Source: a virus
Taxonomy: Duplodnaviria; Caudoviricetes
IMG/VR virus record: IMGVR_UViG_3300030098_006079
Strand: one strand, 5' to 3'
DNA length: 64,000 nucleotides
The notes under the pieces are model-generated. The model ran no database searches. It had not been told where the DNA came from and saw nothing but the letters and a program-made list of their open reading frames with translations. The position numbers and the translations under genes are program-made. Shown piece after piece: positions 46,242 to 54,900 of the stretch. Each line of letters begins with the position of its first letter. Position 1 is the first letter of the stretch.

Positions 46242-46327
46242 GAGAGTATAGTATAGATATATATAGTATACTCTCTAGCTCTCTCTATATATAGGACTTA
46301 AGTACGAGAATCCGTTATATATAGAGA
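46242..46327. repeat. Two adjacent inverted repeats ending the C-free tract
   Basis: GAGAGTATA(46242)/TATACTCTC(46267); TCTCTATATATA(46282)/TATATATAGAGA(46316). Confidence 0.7.
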
Positions 46328-46363
46328 ACCCTGTAACCCGGGTCAGAAGGGCATGCAAAATTA

Positions 46364-46377
46364 TTTTTGCAAAACTC
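46364..46377. repeat. TTTTTGCAAAACTC motif, copy 2
   Basis: Left flank of the kinase-like gene. Confidence 0.7.
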
Positions 46378-46401
46378 TGATATAAATATCTATAAGGAAT
46401 T

Positions 46402-47052
46402 ATGAAATTTTTTGAAGAAGAATTGTCATCTACTGGGAAAAAAATACATTATAAAAAACATGTGCAACGCGGTTGGGGTAATGTAGTTACAGAAGTAGAG
46501 ATGTTACAAAACTTAGAAAAGTCATTTATCAACGAGCCAGAAATTAATCATTATCCTTTCCCTAAATACATCGATACTACAATATGTACAGAACATTTAG
46601 ATTATAATAATGGAGCTCATTCTACGTCTAACAAAAAAGAAGAACAAGGCCCGTGTTATATAATTACTATGAGTCATTGCGGTTATGATGCATATAAAAA
46701 TACAAAATATAATATCAAACCTATAAATTTGTATAACACTGTAAAATGTATTATCAATAATCTATATAATGTTGGTATAAAGCATACTAGTATAAAACCA
46801 CAAAATACTTGTATAAATGAATCCGGTGAAGTATCTTTAATAGATTTTGATTATTTTGATTATAAAAAGCAAAGTAAATTAGATATTATTTACAAAGAAC
46901 GTAGTATAGAAGAATTAAAGGAGATATTATTTACTAATAACGGTAATACATTTAAGGAAGAATTAAAAATAGTTCGAGAGTGTAAAGAATTACGAGATTT
47001 TGATCGGCGATTTAAGAAAGCCGGACCGTGGAGTATTTTATGTATGTTTTAA
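46402..47052 (+). CDS. Protein/LPS kinase-fold protein with degenerate catalytic loop
   Basis: K..E, FPK, HTSIKPQN (HxD Asp replaced by Ser), LIDFD. Confidence 0.65.
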   Translation: MKFFEEELSSTGKKIHYKKHVQRGWGNVVTEVEMLQNLEKSFINEPEINHYPFPKYIDTTICTEHLDYNNGAHSTSNKKEEQGPCYIITMSHCGYDAYKNTKYNIKPINLYNTVKCIINNLYNVGIKHTSIKPQNTCINESGEVSLIDFDYFDYKKQSKLDIIYKERSIEELKEILFTNNGNTFKEELKIVRECKELRDFDRRFKKAGPWSILCMF

Positions 47053-47054
47053 TT

Positions 47055-47068
47055 TTTTTGCAAAACTC
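47055..47068. repeat. TTTTTGCAAAACTC motif, copy 3
   Basis: Right flank of the kinase-like gene; flanks resemble copy 1 (AATTTTTTTGCAAAACTC..GGAG). Confidence 0.7.
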
Positions 47069-47190
47069 TGCGGAGTTCTTATAATAGGTTTTAATGCACG
47101 TCGACCGAGCAAGTGAACGGAGTGGTCTGCAAAACCATCTATGCAGGGGGCGGTACCCTGGGCGTGCTCCAATTTCTTATAAATACTTAC

Positions 47191-47418
47191 ATGGCTGATC
47201 GTGATGAAAAGAACAAAGAGAATGTAGAAGGTAAGTATTATGTAGATGAGCAGTGTATTGACTGTGATTTATGTAGAGAGGAGGCTCCGAATAATTTTAC
47301 TAGAGAAGATAATGAAGGTTATTCCTATGTATATAAGCAGCCAGAGAATGATCTAGAGGAAGAGATGTGTCAGAGTGCATTAGACAATTGTCCCGTTGAA
47401 GCTATAGGTAATGACTGA
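47191..47418 (+). CDS. Single-cluster 4Fe-4S ferredoxin
   Basis: CIDCDLC..APNNF..CPVEAI; TATAAATA-CTTAC-ATG. Confidence 0.92.
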   Translation: MADRDEKNKENVEGKYYVDEQCIDCDLCREEAPNNFTREDNEGYSYVYKQPENDLEEEMCQSALDNCPVEAIGND

Positions 47419-47593
47419 GATATTAAATTGTGAAGAAGAAGATTGTCCTAAGGATTTTTATGAGCTAGAGAGCTGTGGAGAGACCCATTTAAAGACATGT
47501 ATGAATTGTTTTAAGCGTGTAATGTTAGTAGCTACAAAAGACATGGCGAATGCTTTGATAGAAGAAGGAGAAAGGTGTGCATTAGACCAATGA
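47411..47593 (+). CDS. Small Cys-rich protein
   Basis: Five or more Cys including CMNC; coupled to the ferredoxin. Confidence 0.55.
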   Translation: MTEILNCEEEDCPKDFYELESCGETHLKTCMNCFKRVMLVATKDMANALIEEGERCALDQ

Positions 47594-47698
47594 AGCCTCC
47601 TAGTCCAGATAAGCCAGTAAGTCCATTTGTTATATTAATAGCATTACCAATAGCGTTAATATGTACGTTATTTATGTATTTGAGTAATTTAAAATTTT

Positions 47699-47932
47699 AT
47701 GGTACGAGTGTTAAAAGAGACGAGTAAGTTACTTACTATAATGATAGTTATAGTATTCTTTTCTATCTTATTATCTGAAGAGCCAATAGAGGCTAGAGCT
47801 AATAAGATAGTAGAAGATAAGTTAAGTTTACATAACACCCTTACGAGAGAAGAGAGAGATGAATACATGTTATATTTGCGTAGCTTAAACGCAGAGACAA
47901 AGGATTCAATCTATAGTATAGAGTTACCGTGA
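47699..47932 (+). CDS. Single-TM protein
   Basis: LLTIMIVIVFFSILL. Confidence 0.5.
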   Translation: MVRVLKETSKLLTIMIVIVFFSILLSEEPIEARANKIVEDKLSLHNTLTREERDEYMLYLRSLNAETKDSIYSIELP

Positions 47933-48046
47933 ACTTATTCGTACAATTAGCTATTAATAGGTGGAGGTTTAGGAAAAAAAATTGGAGATTGTATATTAGT
48001 TATTATTATCGTTGGATTAAGAATCGACGAACGATTAAATATTTAC

Positions 48047-48550
48047 GTGACCTTCGAAGAAAAGATTCTCAAAGAGTCGAAGAGTAAAGAAGCCAAGCTC
48101 TTAAGAGCAGCTAAGAAAGCTGCAAAAGAACCCGATACAGGAGTTAAGATACTCAAAAAGTCCGCTTATTACGTTATTCGTGATTGCGCCAAGATTGCGG
48201 AACTTTATTTACCTCACTTAATATATTCACAGATTAAGAACCCCATACAGATGTTAGAGGGTGTGTTTACTAGGTCAGAGGTTTCAGGATTTGTATCCAG
48301 AGCCAAGAAGGATTTAGTTACTAATCAATTATTAAATCTAATAGTATTAGATATAAAGAAGCAAAATTTACTAGAGTCTGCCACTACTGCTCCTCCACAG
48401 ATTCTAGAGTTCGAAGATGTAGATGAAGATGATATATATGGTGACTACGACTCTGAGACGGTATCGGGTGATATCGAAACTGATGTTGTAGTTGAAGTTG
48501 AAAAAGATACACTACAATTATTGCTCGATGCCTTCAAAGTCACTCAATAA
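48047..48550 (+). CDS. Hypothetical late protein
   Basis: TAAATA upstream of GTG; acidic tail. Confidence 0.65.
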   Translation: MTFEEKILKESKSKEAKLLRAAKKAAKEPDTGVKILKKSAYYVIRDCAKIAELYLPHLIYSQIKNPIQMLEGVFTRSEVSGFVSRAKKDLVTNQLLNLIVLDIKKQNLLESATTAPPQILEFEDVDEDDIYGDYDSETVSGDIETDVVVEVEKDTLQLLLDAFKVTQ

Positions 48551-48572
48551 GTACGATTACAAATGTCATTAT

Positions 48573-48752
48573 ATGACCTTAGCAAACATGCTAATATATC
48601 ACGGTTCAGAACTATGCCGCGCTGAAGGGCCGGAAGCTGTCCGGAAGTTAAACGAGCAAGCTATTGCGCGGGCTAGGGAGTTTATAAATAAGTTAGAGCC
48701 GCCTAAATCTCCGCCGGATTTATCAAATGTCAAAGAATACAGATCAGCCTAA
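48573..48752 (+). CDS. Hypothetical protein
   Basis: Helical ORF. Confidence 0.5.
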   Translation: MTLANMLIYHGSELCRAEGPEAVRKLNEQAIARAREFINKLEPPKSPPDLSNVKEYRSA

Positions 48753-48927
48753 AATATGTAAAAACCCCTATTGCTTTGACGATACTTGTCGAGGTGAATG
48801 TCTAGAATGTGTACCTGTAACAAGAACTGAGACATGTTTATCCGAAGACGGAGAATTCACACAATACATAGAGCATAGTCCTCTCCGGTCTAAGTACTTC
48901 TATGAAACGACTATTGGTGCAAGCTAG
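48727..48927 (+). CDS. Small Cys-rich protein
   Basis: CKNPYC..CRGECLEC. Confidence 0.5.
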   Translation: MSKNTDQPKICKNPYCFDDTCRGECLECVPVTRTETCLSEDGEFTQYIEHSPLRSKYFYETTIGAS

Positions 48928-49035
48928 AGAAAAAGCTTGACTGTTTCTCATAAATAGCTATAATGATTGAAGTTATGGCAGTCAAAATGCGAATAATGGT
49001 TAATCGGAACAAATTCGAGATTAAAGTGAGAAACT

Positions 49036-49152
49036 ATGAAAAATCTAAAACCAAGAGTTTTAATAAAATTCAACACCGGGACACGGGTTCACAATCCGCG
49101 AAAGGGTAAAGGATCATATAAAAGAAAGGAAAAATATGGCAGCAAAAACTAG
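49036..49152 (+). CDS. ArfA-like (alternative ribosome rescue) peptide, 38 aa
   Basis: RVHNPRKGKGSYKRKEKY matches the ArfA KKGKGSYxRK motif. Confidence 0.6.
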   Translation: MKNLKPRVLIKFNTGTRVHNPRKGKGSYKRKEKYGSKN

Positions 49153-49246
49153 ACGCACGACAGTCAGAGAAACCACACGAAAAGGTATCAAGACTCGTAA
49201 GACAGTGACTATCACTAAACAGCGTGTATCCCGAAAGAAAAAGTAG
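49136..49246 (+). CDS. Very basic peptide (36 aa)
   Basis: MAAKTRRTTVRETTRKGIKTRKT... Confidence 0.4.
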   Translation: MAAKTRRTTVRETTRKGIKTRKTVTITKQRVSRKKK

Positions 49247-49284
49247 TTGATTAAAAATCTTAGACAGTCTATAATAAACGAGTT

Positions 49285-50310
49285 ATGAGAATAAACGATA
49301 AAAACGTAGCCCTCCAAGACATTAACGAACACTCAGCAATTGCAGTAGAAGGTGTTCATCAGATTTCGAGCAAAGATGAGCTTTATACAAAGGCTGGTCT
49401 AGATTTCGAAGTAGAGCAGGTCAATCTCGGTGAAGCAACCGGTGATGATAACTTTGATAGGTTTTACGGGCTACGTAATAATAAGACTGGTCAAGTCTAT
49501 GCAGTTACAGGTCGTAAGTATGCACCAATTCAGAATCATGAATTGATTGATGCATTTGATGAAGTTCGCAAAATGTATGGCGCAGATTATAAAGCTGCCG
49601 GAGTTATGCGAGGAGGTAGTCGAATTTGGGTTCAAGCTGAGCTTCCAAAGGACTATACGTTTGAGATCCCTAATCGTAAGGGTGATAAGATCAATTCAAT
49701 GCTCACTATGTTGATTGGTCAAGATGGTATTGTGTCTAATTGTATCTTCCCGACGTCGATGCGAGGTGCATGTAATAATCAGTTTGTAGCTATGACTAAA
49801 GAGTCTACTCGTGATTATCGAATCCAGCATTTTTCAAATTGGGGTAAACGCTTGGATACTGTTAAGGCAATCTTCGCTAAGAATATTGACAGCTTGAAGA
49901 ACATGTATACCGATTTCGCGAAACTTGATAGTAGGGCGATTTCAAAAGAAGAGTTATATAACTTTCTTGGTCATTTATACCCGATGCGTGATACTGAAGA
50001 TGAGAAGACTACTCGAGTGCATAACGATGTTGCAGCTCTCTTTTCACGCGGTGCTGGTAATCTTGGTAAGTCGCGATGGGATGCGTTTAACGCGGTGACT
50101 GAGTATGTTGATCATCATCAGCATGCAACTCGGATGGCTAATGCGATTGAGAATAAGAATCATGAATACATCCAGAACCGGATTGGTAGTTTGAATACTC
50201 CAGGTGGTCAGATGGATCGCTTCAAGCGTAAAGCGTTAAACCTGCTAACTGGTACTGTAATGTTCGATAAGCCAGTTGTAAAAGAGCCTGAAATCGTGCT
50301 AGTAGGTTAA
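49285..50310 (+). CDS. DUF932 (TIGR03299-like phage/plasmid) protein
   Basis: AGLDFEV, YAPIQN, AGVMRGGSRIW, RGACNN, WDAFNAVTEYVDH. Confidence 0.9.
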   Translation: MRINDKNVALQDINEHSAIAVEGVHQISSKDELYTKAGLDFEVEQVNLGEATGDDNFDRFYGLRNNKTGQVYAVTGRKYAPIQNHELIDAFDEVRKMYGADYKAAGVMRGGSRIWVQAELPKDYTFEIPNRKGDKINSMLTMLIGQDGIVSNCIFPTSMRGACNNQFVAMTKESTRDYRIQHFSNWGKRLDTVKAIFAKNIDSLKNMYTDFAKLDSRAISKEELYNFLGHLYPMRDTEDEKTTRVHNDVAALFSRGAGNLGKSRWDAFNAVTEYVDHHQHATRMANAIENKNHEYIQNRIGSLNTPGGQMDRFKRKALNLLTGTVMFDKPVVKEPEIVLVG

Positions 50311-50334
50311 TTTCTCCTCATCCAACAACAACAT

Positions 50335-50364
50335 AGAGAACCCATGGGAAACCATGGGTTTTTC
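50335..50364 (+). terminator. Rho-independent terminator
   Basis: gaacccatgg-GAAA-ccatgggttt. Confidence 0.85.
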
Positions 50365-50468
50365 TATCACCAAATCTTATATTCCTTGTATGAACAAATA
50401 GGAGAGAACCGTTCGGATAAGCTGTCTTTTTATGTTCCTTCGTGTGATTGACTCGACTAAATAATTAT

Positions 50469-50960
50469 ATGCTATCGATACAATTGCATGCAAAACAAAC
50501 CGTGAAAAAATGGTTGCGTGATAATGAAATCGATATTCGTATCATCCAAAAATGTACAAACATAATTCTCAATCAAATTCGGCGACACAACAAGTGGGTC
50601 TTTCCTGAGATTGAGATTAAGAGATATAAGAACGCAAACAGCAGTGGATATTATTTTGGTTTCGACGAGCTTTACTTGACTGGAAATCTAGATCAGAATG
50701 GTTGGAGTAAAGAGAAGAGGTTTGATACATTTGTAAGTCATTATCTTCATGAGCTTAGACATTGGATACAGGATAACATGCTGGGGGTATCTGAAGAGAA
50801 GTTGAACTACACAGATGAAGATGTTGATAAAGAGAGACCTACATACTGTCAAAATAAATGGGAAGTAGATGCTCGACGATTCGAAAGACGATATAAGAAA
50901 GAATTCATTCAACTGTATCACATTCTAGAGAAGTTATCCGAGAAAAAAGATTTGCGTTAA
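50469..50960 (+). CDS. Zincin-like metallopeptidase motif protein
   Basis: HELRHWIQ (HExxH) and downstream WEVDA. Confidence 0.7.
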   Translation: MLSIQLHAKQTVKKWLRDNEIDIRIIQKCTNIILNQIRRHNKWVFPEIEIKRYKNANSSGYYFGFDELYLTGNLDQNGWSKEKRFDTFVSHYLHELRHWIQDNMLGVSEEKLNYTDEDVDKERPTYCQNKWEVDARRFERRYKKEFIQLYHILEKLSEKKDLR

Positions 50961-51006
50961 TTTCAATTATACTATTGCTCTAATTTTTATAAGGGTAAAT
51001 AATATT

Positions 51007-51357
51007 ATGAGATTCAATCAACAAGTACTTTTAAAGCATGAGCATGGAATTACTGCTCAATGGATGGCGTCAGATTATTCTAACATGGCGATTGCAACCT
51101 ATCAACAAGAAAAAGGGACAGGGACAGATATTGATGGTAACCAAGTAGTGACGAATAAATGGGTGATGGTAAATTGCTCTGGACCTTGGACAGGTTTAAG
51201 TGAGGATGGAAAGTCGTTAATTATTAATGAGATGTTTGAGGCAGAGAGAAAAAATATTTCGGGGGAAGCGACTGTTATTCTTACCTGTCTTAATGCTACG
51301 TTAGGTGGAGAAAAAGCTCTAGATGGTTTTTGGCAGGCCCAAAAGATAGGTTTTTAA
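51007..51357 (+). CDS. Hypothetical protein
   Basis: 116-aa ORF. Confidence 0.6.
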   Translation: MRFNQQVLLKHEHGITAQWMASDYSNMAIATYQQEKGTGTDIDGNQVVTNKWVMVNCSGPWTGLSEDGKSLIINEMFEAERKNISGEATVILTCLNATLGGEKALDGFWQAQKIGF

Positions 51358-51394
51358 ACTTGACGTTTTCTCTCGCTTTCCTATTATATTGAAT

Positions 51395-51646
51395 ATGGAT
51401 TGCATTTGTGGTAATACTATCGAACCTGCAAGGGTTGAATTCGGTTTTAAGATCTGTAAGTCATGTGCCTTTAATGGGCGAGGTCCTTCTCGTAAGAAAG
51501 GTATTATGGTATTTGGTCATAAGACTGGCGGTGATTGTCAGATTGTGAGTCAAGAGAACTTCGCTGATTATCGCCGCCTCAACCCTTATGGTAAGTTATC
51601 CGGTCGTGGTTCTGGCGTGCATGTTGTATCACCTAAAGCTAAATAA
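51395..51646 (+). CDS. Zinc-finger (DksA/TraR-like) protein
   Basis: CICG..IEPAR..ICKSC; TTGACG-16-TATTAT-7 nt-ATG. Confidence 0.65.
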   Translation: MDCICGNTIEPARVEFGFKICKSCAFNGRGPSRKKGIMVFGHKTGGDCQIVSQENFADYRRLNPYGKLSGRGSGVHVVSPKAK

Positions 51647-51650
51647 TTAT

Positions 51651-51863
51651 ATGAACCCATCAGAATTCGAAAGAACAAAACCAAGAGAAACTTACGCAGC
51701 ATTAGATAGTATGATTAGTAAGTATCGACGTATTGTAAATGAGCACACCTATAACGGTCAATCGTTAATTATGGAAGGTACAGATAGTGCTCAATTACAT
51801 TTAGCTCAACAAGTTGTCGCAGAGTTAGAAAATGTTAAAGCGTTGTTTGTTTCTGGTAGATGA
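51651..51863 (+). CDS. Hypothetical protein
   Basis: Helical ORF. Confidence 0.55.
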   Translation: MNPSEFERTKPRETYAALDSMISKYRRIVNEHTYNGQSLIMEGTDSAQLHLAQQVVAELENVKALFVSGR

Positions 51864-51957
51864 GAAATATATATGTTTATATGACCCTAGGTTTAATTAG
51901 CTGGGGAGTTATATTTGTTTTTGTATATGCTTTTATATGGCTTCTTAGACAATATCT

Positions 51958-54900
51958 CTAGTCGATAATTATATTTTCTAATTCATCATAATAAGGAGTA
52001 ATTTTTTTCAATTCTAAAGTTACTCTTTCTTTTATTTTCTCTTTTAACTTATTATCTTCAATACCTGTGTTTTTTATCTCGACTCGATACTTATTACTAA
52101 TCTTTTCAGGATAATTAAACTTAGTTAATTTATCAATTGTCTCTACATATGTGCGTTGGCCAATTGGGTAAGACCATATAACATTTTTCTCAGGGTAGTG
52201 ATATTTTAAATGCGCTTGTATGTCATAGTATGACATAGTTTTATTATATAATTTAAACCCTTTTATCTTCGCGTTATTGATAAAGTATTTTGTTGGTTGT
52301 AACAGTCTATTAGCTAATGTGAGATAGAATGGAGTACTTACAGCTCCTAAGTAAGAACCAGTACCTAAAATATTATCATGCACATATTTTCCTGCTCGGA
52401 ATATTTGACGACCAGCTTTACGACCATTGACAAATAATTCCATATACCCATGACGTACAGATACATTAACAAAGAAATGATTATAACCTGGTGTTAAATC
52501 TTTTACGTCAAATGACAATGTAGTCTTATCTCTTGGTATAACACCACTAGAAGAAAACTTAGGTTTCGTCTTAAGGAATATTTTAAATCTATTTTTTTCT
52601 GCGCCTGTCTTTTTCAAATAAGAATAAGACGTAACTGATTTTGTTAATTTTAAATCTAATAAATCTTCTCCATGGAACTTCTTCGAAGATATAATTTTTA
52701 AATTGTTGTTTAATTTTGTTAATCTAAAACCGTCGTTAAATTCTTGTATTAATAGAATGTATTTTTTATACACCCCTTCTTCAAAGTCACAAATAATATC
52801 TATATATGATGTATGTATTTTAATAGCATTATCTAAATTACAAAACTGTCTAGTGCGAATTAATTTACGATCAGTATCTAGTATTGATATAATATTGTTA
52901 TCATGTAGCACTATTAATTGTTCTATATCATCTACAAGCACACCGTTAATAACCGAATCTTTATCTAAGCCCGAAATTACTTTTTCATTTTGATCACTAC
53001 GTAAGCCTTTCTGTAAGTAGTTTTTAATAATAGATTTATTGTTAGGAAAATCTTGTTTAATTATATATGGGGTGTTGTTTTTATCTAATGCTATTTCATT
53101 ACCGAACCCATTATAATCATCAACCTCATATACTGTTATCTCATTATTAACGTCTAATATTTTACCTTTTATACCTTTTGTCTCTGATGATAAGACGGTA
53201 GTAAAGTTAGTATTTTTTGGTCTTACAACATTATTTTTAAAGTTATAAGTAAATCGTCTTTTCTGATGCGCAGGATTGAATAAAACATGAACAGCTTCTT
53301 CACCAACCTCCAAGTCTTCTATTATTGCGTTAGAATCTTTTAAATCTTCAATCTTACTTATTAAGTTATTATTTGAATTATAAACGTATATAATATTGTT
53401 TGCACCTAACACATAAAACTCAGAGAAGTTATCTTTACGTGCAATGCCTTTGATCGTAACTGGTTCGTTACCTTCTAACACTAACACTTCATCATAAACT
53501 TCAAAATCATTATTTAAAAATAACAATCTATTTAAGTGACCAGTGAGTGGGTTTGCTGTTGGTAAAATTATATTTGGTGTTACTAAATCAGTATTAAATA
53601 TACCAAACCCTTCTTCGAAATAATTACCAAATATTTGATACCCTAAAGGCTGAGTATAATCATTATTGTGAAGCCAAAAACCAACACTAAAGTCTCCTGT
53701 TACATCGGTTTTTAATCTACCGAAATTCTCTCCATTTAAAATTAACTCATCATCATTGTTAACTTTATTAACAGTAATAGGTACGCCTTTGAAATTTATA
53801 TATTCAATATCTTTACCTATATTATATTTTGAATACGCAATAAATAAATTTTCATAGTCTTGATGACCTACATGATAATAAATATAATCATTATTAGGTT
53901 CGAATGTTAAGCTTGACGACACATCAAATGTTTCTGTAGTTTGAGCACCTGCACCTGTTACTACTTTATAATATGATGTACCGGTCAACGCAGTTACAAA
54001 ATTTGAAACAAGAGGATTATAATATCTGTCTACCCATTTAGTAGTACCATCACTACTACCCGACAACCAACTACACAAATAAACTGGATCGGTATTATCA
54101 GAGTATGAATTATTTTTTACTTTCTCTCTACGTTTGAAAACCTTATCTGACATTAACGGGTTATCTCCTGGTACAGCACCAAGGTTTTCAATCTTAGAAT
54201 CTGCAATGTTTAATTTCGTATACGGTGCTATTGAATTAGGAGTCGTAAAATAGGTAAGCTTATTTGGTTTAAATTCTAAATCGTATGTACCTATATTATA
54301 TGATAAGTTAATTTTATCATAGCCTCCTTGCTGGTGAGTACCTGCATTTATTTTTTCGTATATTCTATTTAAGTAACCTGGTTCAGCATTAAAGTGATTA
54401 TTCTCTGCATAGTACTCATGTAATGTTGCTTGGTTCTTTAACGGAAAAATATCTAAATGAGCTTTTAATTTATTCTCCTCATTACGGTGTAAAAAGTTAT
54501 AGTTGTTACTAAACAAAAAGTAATTGTTACTTATATGTTCCGTTACTGTTGTTGTATTGAGATCTACAGTATCTAAGTTATAAGCTGAAACATATTTTGT
54601 GTAATTGTTGGGTATATTTTTTTGATCTTTTGTTAGTTCGTGTCTAGTAACTTCAAAAAAGGTTGTTGACAGTGCAGACAAATATGTAGTATAATTTGAC
54701 GACCCTGATAAACTTAATTGTAAGTCATTACCATGTACTCCAATGCGAGAGTTGTCATCAGGGCTTAGTAGAGAAATTCTACCATCGTTGAGCGTATACT
54801 TAAACCAAGTTGGGCCTGCTGATGTCCATACTGCTTGACAATCTGTAATAGGTACTTGCCCAGCACCTGCACCTACACCACCACTCGACAAATAATAAGT

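Larger units (their letters stand above)
45308..46270 (+). other. Cytosine-free tract (one C in 963 nt)
   Basis: Base-by-base reading: last C at 45307, only C at 46109, next C at 46271; G abundant. Confidence 0.97.

Noticed and set aside
45308-46270. C-free tract as mere AT-rich low complexity or microsatellite
   Set aside because: G is abundant, and two long stop-free ORFs with normal hydrophobic/acidic patterning are present. An assembly artefact still needs read-level exclusion.
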